A DNA stretch of 64,000 bases from an uncultured bacterium (GTDB lineage Bacteria; Acidobacteriota; HRBIN11; JAKEFK01), in NCBI GenBank assembly GCA_963777505.1, contig CAVZQN010000001.1, positions 608,001 through 672,000 of the forward strand, written 5' to 3'. The number at the start of each line of letters is the position of its first letter. Position 1 is the first letter of the stretch. The notes beneath the pieces are model-generated. The model was not told the DNA's origin, made no database searches, and worked only from the letters and a program-made list of their open reading frames with translations. Made by a program: the position numbers and the translations under genes. This document shows, in pieces, positions 41,350 through 51,872 of this stretch.

Positions 41350-42180
41350 TTAAACAACATCCGCAAATGTCCGTTCCATTCTGCGGAAGTACAAAGCCCC
41401 GGTTACAAGCAGGAACAAAGCAGCACCGGTTGAAACGGCAAGGATTGGCCCCAACGATTCAGGACGTCCCAGCAAGGCCCAACGGAAGCCTTCAACAACG
41501 CCAACCATCGGATTCACTCCGTACAGGGTGCGCCATGGTTCGGGTAACATACTGCTTGGGTACGCCACCGGCGTTGCGAAGAGCCAGAATTGTGTGAGAA
41601 ATGGAACAATGTATCTGACATCACGAAATTCAACATTTAAAGCTGATAACCATAATCCGGCTCCAAGTGCAGTAACAAGTGCAAGAAGAAAGAAAAATGG
41701 AATCACAAGACTTGCAAACCCAGGAACAACACCGTAATAGATCATCATTCCAAGAAGCACTGCAAACGCTATAACAAAATCCAAAGCTCCTGAAAGAACT
41801 GCAGACACAGGAATCACAAGCCGCGGGAAATAAACTTTGGTGATTAAGTGTTGACTGCCTACAAGACTATTTGAAGATTGAGAAAGTGCATTTGCAAAAA
41901 AGGTCCACGGCACTAGACCGGCAAATGCAAACAACGGGTATGGAAGTCCATCTGACGGCACTCCAGCAAGACGGCCGAAGAAAATACTAAATACAACCAT
42001 TGTGAAAAAAGGTTGAATTACTGCCCACGCAGCTCCAAGGACGGTTTGCTTATATCGAACCTTCAGATCGCGCCAGATCAGGAAGTAAAATAATTCTCGA
42101 AACTTCCAAAGTTCGCGGAAATGAATACCAACCCACCCTTTTACCGGTTGGATACGAGTGATGATTAGCGATTCATCCAT
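41350..42180 (-). CDS. ABC-2 polysaccharide export permease (Wzm-like)
   Basis: RDLKVRYKQTVLG, KVYFPR, FATPVAYP, NPM. Confidence 0.9.
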   Translation of the reverse strand: MDESLIITRIQPVKGWVGIHFRELWKFRELFYFLIWRDLKVRYKQTVLGAAWAVIQPFFTMVVFSIFFGRLAGVPSDGLPYPLFAFAGLVPWTFFANALSQSSNSLVGSQHLITKVYFPRLVIPVSAVLSGALDFVIAFAVLLGMMIYYGVVPGFASLVIPFFFLLALVTALGAGLWLSALNVEFRDVRYIVPFLTQFWLFATPVAYPSSMLPEPWRTLYGVNPMVGVVEGFRWALLGRPESLGPILAVSTGAALFLLVTGALYFRRMERTFADVV

Positions 42181-42218
42181 TCCATCATTCCATCATCCAT
42201 CATCCAATAGTCCATTCT
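42176..42218. repeat. Short 7-8-mer tandem array (TCCATCA-like)
   Basis: TCCAT TCCATCAT TCCATCA TCCATCA TCCAATAG TCCATT between the UpxY-like and Wzm-like genes. Confidence 0.6.
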
Positions 42219-42219
42219 C

Positions 42220-42711
42220 TTATTGAACATCAGTATCAGTGATATCTATTTCGAGTGCAGCAGACTGCTGAATCAAATCCACAGAAAGAACAAGGAGATG
42301 CTTTTTGCGTTTCGAGAGTACGATTCCTTCAACGCCTTTTAGTGGACCTCTTTTGATTCGAACTCGCATTCCTTCTTTAACATAAGGATATGGATCATAC
42401 TGCAACCCACTTTCAACGAGCTGACGCACGGCATCAATTTGATCTTCTGGTATTGCAACCGGTGTCCCTTCATGCGAGACAAATTGCACTACACCCGGGG
42501 TACGCAAAACGGGCAAGCGGTGTTCGGAAGTAGTATGGACAAAGACGTATCCGCCGAACAATGGGAATTGCACCTCTTTTCTGCGATCCTTCCAACGGCT
42601 TATAACCGTTCGCAAGGGCAAAAAGACATCAATACCCTTTTCGTTCAGATAACCAGCGACCTTCTTTTCGTGTCTGGGCTTTGTATAAATCGCGAACCAC
42701 TCAAAAATCAT
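42220..42711 (-). CDS. UpxY/NusG-paralog transcription antiterminator
   Basis: WFAIYTKPRHEKKV, PLFGGYVF, KOW-like GMRVRIKRGPLKG. Confidence 0.9.
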   Translation of the reverse strand: MIFEWFAIYTKPRHEKKVAGYLNEKGIDVFLPLRTVISRWKDRRKEVQFPLFGGYVFVHTTSEHRLPVLRTPGVVQFVSHEGTPVAIPEDQIDAVRQLVESGLQYDPYPYVKEGMRVRIKRGPLKGVEGIVLSKRKKHLLVLSVDLIQQSAALEIDITDTDVQ

Positions 42712-42722
42712 CTCGAAAAATT

Positions 42723-43769
42723 TTAGAAAAGTGAAAGTCGAATCCGCAAATATTGCTTTGGATCCTGCCGAATGTCACGGATTAATAACTGCAGCTCCTT
42801 AACTGTATTATTTGTGTTGTCATACAGTTCTTTATCAGAAAAAAGTTTTCCGACAGTGCCTTCACCTTTTGACATGCGCTCCGTTAATGGCTTGAGATTT
42901 GCCATGACCTGATTCAGATTGTTATAAAGAGCTGGATCGCGTGAAAGTTTGCCGAGTGTACCATCGCCTTTTTCGATTCGCACAATCACGCCTTCAAGTT
43001 TTGCGATTGAGTTCGAAAGTTTTTCCCCCATTTCTTTATCATTCAACAATTTCCCGGCAGTACCCTGACCAGCGCGCAAATTTTCAGTAGCAGCGCGTAG
43101 ATTAACCGCCGTGTCGCTTAAATCTCGATACAATTTGTCGTTATTGATGAGACTGCCGATCGTACCTGAACCCGAATGCGTTTTCCTTAGGATTTCGTTC
43201 AAGTTTTTATAAATATCATCGTCTTTCAAAAACTTGCCCACTGTCCCTTTTCCTTCTTTCATCGCCTGGGTTATGTCTTTAACATTAATAACAGTATCGC
43301 CAAGATTATCGAAAGTATGATTTGCTCTTGCGATCATTTCATCAATATCAAGAGGCGGCGCCCCAGTAACAGTTTCGTATTCTTTTAGAGGACGCCCATC
43401 GCGAGTGCCCTGGCTGATCTCGATGTATTTATCACCTAAAAGACCGAGGCTACTAAGATGCGCAATCGAATCAGTTCGAATTCGTTCTCTGTATTTTTCC
43501 TGAATGCGCAACTCGACACGTACGCCTTTTTCAAGTTCTACAAATTCATATCCATTAACATTGCCGACTGTCACACCTTCCAACATCACTGGTGAATCCT
43601 CACGTAGGCCTCCAATGTTTGGCATATACGTATACAGTGTGTATCGTTTCGCAAAAGGTGATTCAACACCCAGCACCAACACTACAATCCCAACAAGGAC
43701 CGCAAGCGAAATGATGATGAGTGCTCCCACCTTCAGCTCAGACCAGGCAAGAGCTTTCTTTGTCGGCAT
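42723..43769 (-). CDS. mlaD: MlaD/MCE-family protein
   Basis: ELKVG, GL..V..GV.VG, GLLGDKYIEI, GTxGKL repeats; AGGAG-type RBS at MPTKK. Confidence 0.88.
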   Translation of the reverse strand: MPTKKALAWSELKVGALIIISLAVLVGIVVLVLGVESPFAKRYTLYTYMPNIGGLREDSPVMLEGVTVGNVNGYEFVELEKGVRVELRIQEKYRERIRTDSIAHLSSLGLLGDKYIEISQGTRDGRPLKEYETVTGAPPLDIDEMIARANHTFDNLGDTVINVKDITQAMKEGKGTVGKFLKDDDIYKNLNEILRKTHSGSGTIGSLINNDKLYRDLSDTAVNLRAATENLRAGQGTAGKLLNDKEMGEKLSNSIAKLEGVIVRIEKGDGTLGKLSRDPALYNNLNQVMANLKPLTERMSKGEGTVGKLFSDKELYDNTNNTVKELQLLIRDIRQDPKQYLRIRLSLF

Positions 43770-43785
43770 ATTTCCTCCACTTAAT

Positions 43786-43817
43786 TGCTGAGTGCTGAAC
43801 AATGAGTGCCGAGCACT
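43786..43817. repeat. Heptamer tandem array (TGCTGAG-like)
   Basis: TGCTGAG TGCTGAA CAATGAG TGCCGAG between mlaF and mlaD. Confidence 0.55.
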
Positions 43818-43823
43818 ATCGAA

Positions 43824-44690
43824 TTACGTTGTATCACCGCGAAATTCCACGATATACGGATCAGTAGAATTTCTGAATTCTTCAACAGTTCCTTCAAAAA
43901 TTTTTTCACCTTCGCTGATCATATAAAAAATGGTTTCACTTAAATGACGTCCGGAAGTATCACGAATCATCCGTATATCATTTCCTTCCGCTGATACAGA
44001 ATTATAAGCAAGCTTGTAACCATCTTCGAGCTTGTGTGAAACAAGAATCGACGTAACATTTCGAAGATCTCGAAGTTTAATCATTTGTTTAATAACTGTC
44101 TTTGAAGTAACGGGATCAAGACCGGCTGTCGGCTCATCGTACAACAACAATTTCGGATTGGCGGCCATCGCTCGGGCGATAGCAACACGCCTCTTTTGAC
44201 CTCCACTTAATTCAGCCGGCATCTTATCGATCATTTCTTCAAGCTCCACAAGTGTCAAAAGCTCCAAAATTCTTGCTTCAATGTCTTCCTCAGGCATTGT
44301 TTTCCGTTCGTACAGAACATAACCGATATTTTCGCGTACAGTTAGCGAATCGAACAATGCGCTTTCTTGAAAAACCATTCCCAATTTCTCTCGTACGGGA
44401 AATAATTCATCTTCCGTATATCGACTGATTTCTTCTCCATCAACGAATATTTCTCCACTATCCGGTTTAATCAAGCCTAAAATCAATTTTAGAATCGTGC
44501 TTTTACCGGCGCCACTTTGACCAACAATCATCATAGAAGTGCCTGTTAGCACACGTAGATTGATGTCTTTAAGGATGTGAGAATCACCGACACTGAAATA
44601 GACATTACGAAGTTCGATCATGCAGCTATCTTTGGGAGATATTGCTGGAACAGGAGAGACAATCGCTGTAGTGTCGGCCTCTTTCATCAA
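43824..44690 (-). CDS. mlaF: MlaF/Mkl ABC ATPase
   Basis: GQSGAGKS, VFQESALFDS, LSGGQ, YDEPTAGLDP. Confidence 0.9.
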   Translation of the reverse strand: MMKEADTTAIVSPVPAISPKDSCMIELRNVYFSVGDSHILKDINLRVLTGTSMMIVGQSGAGKSTILKLILGLIKPDSGEIFVDGEEISRYTEDELFPVREKLGMVFQESALFDSLTVRENIGYVLYERKTMPEEDIEARILELLTLVELEEMIDKMPAELSGGQKRRVAIARAMAANPKLLLYDEPTAGLDPVTSKTVIKQMIKLRDLRNVTSILVSHKLEDGYKLAYNSVSAEGNDIRMIRDTSGRHLSETIFYMISEGEKIFEGTVEEFRNSTDPYIVEFRGDTT

Positions 44691-45442
44691 AGCACCGCAA
44701 AAAAGAGTTTTGTCAAAACAAAATCAGATGCAAGCACTATGACAGAACAAACAACGACAGATTGTGTTGTTGATCGGCCCACACCTTGGGTTCCACCTGT
44801 GGTTTGCAGGCCCATGTAGCAGCCCACCATGGCAATAATGTAACCGAATACTATAGGCTTTATCACGCCTCCAATAAGGTCACTTGCGGTAAGCGCATCA
44901 ATTGAAGATTGAAAGTAAAGTCCACCTGGTATTTGCAATACAAGAATACTAATCAGCCATCCGCCTAATAATCCAACGGTATCTGAAAGGATTGTAAGAA
45001 GGGGCACCATTAAAACACCTGCAACTAGCCGCGGCACAACAAGCTTACGAATCGGGTCACTACCCATAGCGCGCATAGCATTAATTTGATCGGTCACCAT
45101 CATCGATCCAAGTTCTGCAGCAATTCCGGACCCGACACGCCCAGATACCATTAGTGCGGTTAACACCGGGCCTAGTTCGCGAATCATTGACAAGCTCACA
45201 ACACGACCCACATAGTTTTTGGCCCCAAATGTTTCAAGGCTGAGCGCTGTCTGTAAAGCAAGAACCATTCCGGTAAAGAGCCCGGTTAGCATTACGATGT
45301 TCAAGGAACCGACACCTATCGAATCCATTTGTAGAATCATTTCTTGTGGAAAACGAGGGCGCGTAAAAAGCGCACTTATTGCACGAGCACAGAGGTGAAA
45401 GAACTCCTGTACTTCGTAGACCCAGACTTTGAGTGTTTCCAT
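44687..45442 (-). CDS. mlaE: MlaE ABC permease
   Basis: RELGPVLTAL, AELGSM, LVVPR, GVGRSTT. Confidence 0.92.
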   Translation of the reverse strand: METLKVWVYEVQEFFHLCARAISALFTRPRFPQEMILQMDSIGVGSLNIVMLTGLFTGMVLALQTALSLETFGAKNYVGRVVSLSMIRELGPVLTALMVSGRVGSGIAAELGSMMVTDQINAMRAMGSDPIRKLVVPRLVAGVLMVPLLTILSDTVGLLGGWLISILVLQIPGGLYFQSSIDALTASDLIGGVIKPIVFGYIIAMVGCYMGLQTTGGTQGVGRSTTQSVVVCSVIVLASDFVLTKLFFAVL

Positions 45443-45486
45443 AAAGGAAAGATTATATCCGTCCCGGCGTGAAAGAGTGCATGAGG

Positions 45487-46125
45487 CTATTTTCTTAAAA
45501 TTACACGAGCCGGTGCTCCGTCCATATCTGATAATTTGAGTGGAAGACACGACATCTCGTAATCTCCTTCTTCAACTTCAGATAAATTTAGCCCTTCTAT
45601 GAGAATCACCTCGTTTCCCAACAAATAGCGATGGACGGGAAATTCTGTGTTGCCGTATTCTTCCACCGACAAATAGTCAAACCCGATCAGTTTAATTCCG
45701 TTCTCAACCAAATATATCGAGGCTTCAAGAGTCAGGTAAATGTATTTCCTTTGAAAATTCTTTTTGCTCCCCCAAAAAAGAGAATTACGGGTCTTGAAAA
45801 GAATTCGAAAATCATCCACACGGACAAGATTAGTCAACTCTGAGACATCTACCTTCGTTTTGTCATGAATTTCTACAACCCGCACACGACCATTCAGAAT
45901 TTCCAAGGGCAGCTCTGAAACAGTCGCTCCATCTTTCAAAAAATGTGACGGCGCATCAACATGCGTACCCGTATGATTGCCAAGCGAAATTTGATGCAAC
46001 TGATATTGATCGTTTTCAAGAGTTTTAAGCTGACGAGATTTGAAACGTGGATCACCGGGAAATGTATGCATCCCCATTCGAACATCCACACTAATATCGT
46101 AAATTCTTGATGACATGGAATTCAC
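45487..46125 (-). CDS. Cyclase family / kynurenine formamidase-like protein
   Basis: HTGTHVDAPSH, GFDYLSV, DGAPAR. Confidence 0.88.
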   Translation of the reverse strand: MNSMSSRIYDISVDVRMGMHTFPGDPRFKSRQLKTLENDQYQLHQISLGNHTGTHVDAPSHFLKDGATVSELPLEILNGRVRVVEIHDKTKVDVSELTNLVRVDDFRILFKTRNSLFWGSKKNFQRKYIYLTLEASIYLVENGIKLIGFDYLSVEEYGNTEFPVHRYLLGNEVILIEGLNLSEVEEGDYEMSCLPLKLSDMDGAPARVILRK

Positions 46126-46133
46126 TTAGCGAT

Positions 46134-46556
46134 TTATGGAATCAACTCTAGACGGTTGAAAAAGAATGGAATTTCAGTCGAGGCAGTCGCTTCGGCATCT
46201 GAGCCATGGATTACATTTTGCTCAACATTCGATGCTAAATCTTTCCGGATTGTGCCCTCTGCAGCTTTCGCAGGATCCGTTGCACCCATCAAAGTGCGAA
46301 GCCGCTCAATTGCATTCTCCCCTTCCAGCACCAATGGAACTATTGGACCTGAACTCATAAACTGAATCAGACTTTGGTAAAAAGGACGTTCTTTATGAAC
46401 AGCATAAAAAGCACCGGCTTGTTCTGACGAAAGTTGCACAATCTTCATTCCAACAATTCGGAAGCCTGCCGTTTCTAAACGTTTAACGACTTCACCGATC
46501 ACTTTTTGCCGGACTCCGTCCGGTTTCACTATGGCTAATGTTCTTTGCATTTTCAT
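46134..46556 (-). CDS. ndk: Nucleoside diphosphate kinase
   Basis: IVKPDG, MSSGP, GTIR, NVIHGSD. Confidence 0.97.
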   Translation of the reverse strand: MKMQRTLAIVKPDGVRQKVIGEVVKRLETAGFRIVGMKIVQLSSEQAGAFYAVHKERPFYQSLIQFMSSGPIVPLVLEGENAIERLRTLMGATDPAKAAEGTIRKDLASNVEQNVIHGSDAEATASTEIPFFFNRLELIP

Positions 46557-46580
46557 ACTCTCAACAGGATCATCTTTCGT

Positions 46581-47480
46581 TTATGTTTTATTGATTACTT
46601 TTTGTATGGTCGAACCTATATCTGCAGGACTAGGAGTCACTGTAACTCCTGCAGCTTCAAGAGCAGCGATTTTTGATGCTGCAGTTCCGGTACCTCCCGA
46701 GACAATCGCACCGGCATGACCCATCCGTTTATCGGCTGGCGCTGTTGTTCCTGCGATGAATGAAACCACCGGCTTTGTTACATTGCTACGAATAAAATCG
46801 GCAGCCTGTTCTTCCGCAGTACCTCCGATTTCGCCAATCATAACAATGGAAGTCGTTTCGGGATCCGATTGAAATAATTTCAACGCATCAATAAACGATG
46901 TGCCATTGATTGGATCACCGCCAATTCCAATGCATGTGGATTGTCCAAGATTCAGCGCACTCAATTGCCCTACTGCTTCATATGTCAGTGTCCCACTCCG
47001 GCTGACAACACCGACATTCCCTTGTTTATGGATGAAACCAGGCATGATTCCAATTTTGCATTTTCCAGGCGAAATGATTCCCGGACAATTTGGTCCAATT
47101 AATCGTGAATTCGATTCGTTCAAATGGCGCTTCACTTGAACCATATCGCGAACTGGAATTCCTTCTGTGATCGCAATAATCAATTCAATACCGGCATCCA
47201 TTGCTTCTAAAATTGCATCCGCTGCAAAAGCCGGCGGAACGAAAATAACGGAAACATTCGCCTGTTCTTTTTGAACGGCTTCACGAACTGTATTAAATAT
47301 TGGGATCGCCTTTTTGCTTGCAGGAACTTCAGTAAATTGGGTTCCACCTTTCCCCGGAGTTACTCCACCAACAATATTTGTTTGCGCATAATCCATGCAG
47401 TGAAATGTATGAAACTTCCCTTCTTTACCCGTAATGCCCTGCACTATGATGCGGGATTTTTCGTCCACTAATACGCTCAT
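46581..47480 (-). CDS. sucD: Succinyl-CoA ligase alpha subunit
   Basis: [28 protein letters not shown]. Confidence 0.97.
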   Translation of the reverse strand: MSVLVDEKSRIIVQGITGKEGKFHTFHCMDYAQTNIVGGVTPGKGGTQFTEVPASKKAIPIFNTVREAVQKEQANVSVIFVPPAFAADAILEAMDAGIELIIAITEGIPVRDMVQVKRHLNESNSRLIGPNCPGIISPGKCKIGIMPGFIHKQGNVGVVSRSGTLTYEAVGQLSALNLGQSTCIGIGGDPINGTSFIDALKLFQSDPETTSIVMIGEIGGTAEEQAADFIRSNVTKPVVSFIAGTTAPADKRMGHAGAIVSGGTGTAASKIAALEAAGVTVTPSPADIGSTIQKVINKT

Positions 47481-47493
47481 CGTTGCTCCAATT

Positions 47494-47524
47494 GAGAATA
47501 GAGAATAGAAGATAGAGAATAGAA
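47494..47524. repeat. Heptamer array arm (GAGAATA-type), inverted partner of 47974..48004
   Basis: GAGAATA GAGAATA GAAGATA GAGAATA GAA. Confidence 0.85.
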
Positions 47525-47539
47525 AGAAATGCTTCCATA

Positions 47540-47925
47540 TTATTTAGAGCCTCGGCAAAAGTCTGAGGATTTATCAATCATTCCTCTAAGCATTCCTCCG
47601 ATCTGTTGCCATGACGTATCAAGGTCAGTAAATTGTTTCAGGCTTATGTATTTGCAATCTAGAGCATGATCTAGCCATGCTTGGGTTTCCATTGCTTCTC
47701 CTAGGCTTCATCTACTTTGTTCTTAAATGCCGCGACATAATATCGTCTGGCCCACGCTTCCGCGAGCATTGCATTTACTGCTCTTGATGACCGCCTGATT
47801 TGACTGACTAATGAATATTTTTCTTCCGAAGGAAATGAGCAAGTGACCCTTGATAGATTTCAGAAGAACTTGTGCGAGCACGTTGATAAACGTTAAGATC
47901 TTGAAAACTTTGAATTAAGGCCTAT
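47540..47925 (-). pseudogene. Four-helix-bundle protein (23S rRNA IVP / TIGR02436 / Avd-like) with about 3 indels; absent from ORF track
   Basis: TAAGGAGG RBS; reconstructed (M)ALIQSFQDLNVYQRA..FPSEEKYSLVSQIRRSSRAVNAMLAEAWARR..EAMETQAWLDHALDCKYI..IGGML..K*. Confidence 0.85.
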
Positions 47926-47973
47926 GATTTTTCCTCCTTAACTCCATCTCGCTATCCACCGCACCAACTCTCC

Positions 47974-48004
47974 TTCTATCCTCTATCTTCTATCCTCTAT
48001 CTTC
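47974..48004. repeat. Heptamer array arm (TATCCTC/TATCTTC), inverted partner of 47494..47524
   Basis: Reverse complement GAAGATA GAGGATA GAAGATA GAGGATA GAA matches the other arm at 27/31. Confidence 0.85.
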
Positions 48005-48019
48005 TCTGCTACTTATCCT

Positions 48020-49178
48020 CTACTTCGCTAAAGCAACTACTTTCTCTGCTCCATCCTTCATATTCTCCGCGATCATCAATTTAAGATTTGATTTCCGTAA
48101 AATCTCTTTACCTTGCTCAACGTTTGTACCTTCCATTCTCACGACAATGGGAAGCGTCATCTTCAATTCCGCAGCGGATTCAACAACACCTTGAGCAAGA
48201 ACATCGCAACGAAGAATGCCGCCGAAAATATTAATAAAGACAGCTTTTACTTCAGGATCCGATGTAAGAATTCGAAACGCATTTGTAATTTGATCCTTTT
48301 TTGCGCCGCCGCCAACATCTAAAAAGTTTGCAGGCTTTCCACCGGCAAGCTGAATAATGTCCATCGTTGCCATCGCAAGTCCTGCACCATTAACCATACA
48401 GCCGACGGTTCCATCCAATTTGACGTAATTCAAATTGTATTTGGAAGCTTCAACCTCAAAGGGATCCTCTTCACTGATATCTCGCAGTTCCAGAATGTCA
48501 CGATGGCGGAACATTGCATTGTCATCGAAGTTTATTTTCGCATCCAGCGCCAGCACATCACCCTGTTTCGTCAGGAGCAATGGATTGATTTCAGCGAGTG
48601 ATGCATCTTTTTCAATGAAGAGCCGAAATAATTCGGTAACAAAATGAATGCCTTTCTGAATACTTTCCGCAGGCAAACCCAATGAATACGCGATTGATCG
48701 TGCTTGATACGGCAGAAGACGTTCGCCTGCTACATGAATTCTCAAAATCTTTTCAGGCTTTTCTTTGGCAAGTGTTTCAATATCCATTCCACCTTCTGAA
48801 CTTGCCATGATTACAGGCATTGAAGCCTGACGGTCCAAAACAATTCCGAGATAATACTCTTTTGCTATATCCAATCCTTGTTCAACAAGAACTTTGTGAA
48901 CAATCTTACCTTCAGGACCAGTTTGCGGTGTGATCAGGGGTTTCCCTAATAACTCTTTCGCTTTTGCGGCAGCTTCATCCGGACTCTTCGCGATCTTGAT
49001 ACCGCCACCTTTTCCGCGGCCCGCCAGCATGAATTTGCGCTTTTACAACAACGACAGGTGTTCCGAGTTTTTGCGCGGCAGCTTTCGCTTCTTCAGGAGT
49101 TGTTGCAACAATCCCGTTTGGTACGGGAATTCCATAACCTCTGAAAAGTTCCTTTCCCTGATATTCATGAATTTTCAT
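48020..49178 (-). CDS. sucC: Succinyl-CoA ligase beta subunit, one frameshift near 49020
   Basis: [17 protein letters not shown] in one frame, RGKGGG..EINPL..NGAGLAM..NFLDVGG in the other. Confidence 0.95.
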
Positions 49179-49201
49179 GTTTCACCACAAAGGCACAAAG
49201 A

Positions 49202-50149
<948 letters not shown>

Positions 50150-51379
50150 TTAGAGATTTTCGATGATTGCCGTTGCAAATTCCGATGTCTTTAATTCCTT
50201 TGCGCCTTCCATCTGTCTTGCAAGATCATATGTAACTTTCTTTTGTTGAATCGTTTTTGCGAAAGCATGCTCGACCGCATCTGCTGCTTCTTTCCAGTTC
50301 ATGAATTCAAGCATCATAACTGCCGTTAAAAGAAGCGAACCCGGATTTACCATATCTTTGTCAGCATATTTTGGGGCGGTGCCGTGGGTTGCCTCAAATA
50401 AAGCTGCCTTATCGCCGATATTTGCACCTGGTGCAATGCCAAGTCCTCCGACCTGTGCAGCACAAGCATCGGAAAGGTAGTCGCCATTGAGGTTTGTTGT
50501 AGCAATAACTTCATATTCATCTGTGCGCGTGAGGATTTGCTGGAACATAGAATCCGCAATGCGATCCTTGATCACGACTTTTCCGGATGGATCGCCGCTT
50601 GAAAGTTGTTCTTCGCTAATCGTACTATTTGCAAATTCGGTGCGTGCAAGTTCATATCCCCAATCGCGAAAAGCACCTTCTGTATATTTCTGAATATTCC
50701 CCTTGTGAACAAGCGTTACGCTTTTTCGTTTATGTTGAAGTGCATGCTGAATCGCCATCCGAACTAATCGATTGCTTGCAAATTTGGAAATCGGTTTGAC
50801 GCCAACACCTGAATCCGGTCTAATTTCCACACCTAATTCTTCTTTTAAAAACTGAATGACTTTTTTTGCTTGATCGCTTTCCGATTGCCATTCAATTCCC
50901 GCGTAAACGTCTTCTGTATTTTCCCGGAAGATCACAACATTCATTTTTTCAGGATTACGCACAGGCGAAGGAACGCCTTGATAGAATTTAACCGGACGTA
51001 CGCATGCATAGAGATCAAGAACCTGACGCAGAGTGACGTTCAAACTGCGGAAGCCGCCGCCAACTGGCGTTGTAAGCGGTCCTTTAATTACGACTTTATA
51101 GTCCGAAATAGCCTGAATCGTATCTTTGGGCAATAGTTCGCCATACTTTTCCTGGGCTTTTTCACCCGCATAGATTTCGAACCATTCTATTTGACGTTTA
51201 CCGCCATAATTTTTTTCTACAGCGGCATTGACGATTCGCTGCGTAGCTTTTGTAATATCGCGGCCAATTCCATCGCCTTCGATAAATGGAATGATCGGGC
51301 GATCAGGAACTTGAATTTTTCCGTCACTCAGCTGGACCTTACTGCCAGTTTTGGGTTCTTCAAGTTTATCGTAGGACAC
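50150..51379 (-). CDS. icd: NADP isocitrate dehydrogenase
   Basis: [45 protein letters not shown]; GTG start after GAGGTGGAG. Confidence 0.96.
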   Translation of the reverse strand: MSYDKLEEPKTGSKVQLSDGKIQVPDRPIIPFIEGDGIGRDITKATQRIVNAAVEKNYGGKRQIEWFEIYAGEKAQEKYGELLPKDTIQAISDYKVVIKGPLTTPVGGGFRSLNVTLRQVLDLYACVRPVKFYQGVPSPVRNPEKMNVVIFRENTEDVYAGIEWQSESDQAKKVIQFLKEELGVEIRPDSGVGVKPISKFASNRLVRMAIQHALQHKRKSVTLVHKGNIQKYTEGAFRDWGYELARTEFANSTISEEQLSSGDPSGKVVIKDRIADSMFQQILTRTDEYEVIATTNLNGDYLSDACAAQVGGLGIAPGANIGDKAALFEATHGTAPKYADKDMVNPGSLLLTAVMMLEFMNWKEAADAVEHAFAKTIQQKKVTYDLARQMEGAKELKTSEFATAIIENL

Positions 51380-51404
51380 TCTCCACCTCACATAAAAACT
51401 AATT

Positions 51405-51474
51405 CGTAACGCGTAATCCGTAACGGCAGTACAACGCAGATACGCATTACGTATCACGCATTACGGATTACGTT
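51405..51474. repeat. Inverted heptamer arrays enclosing no ORF
   Basis: CGTAACG CGTAATC CGTAACG ... TACGCAT TACGTAT CACGCAT TACGGAT TACGTT; 12-bp perfect pairing CGTAATCCGTAA/TTACGGATTACG. Confidence 0.75.
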
Positions 51475-51551
51475 CACATGACAAAGCCTTCAATCGACGT
51501 TTCTACTACACAAATCGCGTAAAACGAAAACTGTGGATTGAAATTAGTAGT

Positions 51552-51749
51552 TTAAGCGGATTGCCTGCGGAGTTTGCGGCGCAGCCGTTTCCGGGCAGAA
51601 GCCTGTTTAGCTCTTTTCTTTTCACCAGGCTTTAAATAAAAGGAATGTTTCTTAATTTCCTTGATGATGTCTTCTTGTTGTACTTTGCGCTTAAAACGTT
51701 TTAAAGCGCTTTCCAGCGATTCACCATCCTGGATAATAACTTCAGCCAA
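51552..51749 (-). CDS. rpsU: 30S ribosomal protein S21
   Basis: GESLESALKRFKRK..YLKPGEKK; GGAGG RBS before TTG. Confidence 0.95.
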   Translation of the reverse strand: MAEVIIQDGESLESALKRFKRKVQQEDIIKEIKKHSFYLKPGEKKRAKQASARKRLRRKLRRQSA

Positions 51750-51806
51750 CCAATTCACCTCCTTATTATGAGACGGCAAATTCTATCATAAAGTATCAAT
51801 AAAACG

Positions 51807-51871
51807 GTAGCGGCGGGTCTAAGACCTATCCGCTTTCCAAAGCGATTTTACAATACCTCGCCAGCCCCTAC
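51807..51871. repeat. Degenerate GTAG REP-like pair
   Basis: GTAGCGGCGGGTCT..AGACC on the left; CGCCAGCCCCTAC (rc GTAGGGGCTGGCG) on the right. Confidence 0.45.
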
Positions 51872-51872
51872 A

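Noticed and set aside
47494-48004. CRISPR array, IS element or DGR
   Set aside because: No spacer-repeat periodicity, no transposase, and no reverse transcriptase or TR/VR pair in the window
48975-49178. sucC as two genes or a pseudogene
   Set aside because: One extra G in a G/C run breaks the conserved AGGRGK motif of a core enzyme in an otherwise intact operon; most likely a consensus error
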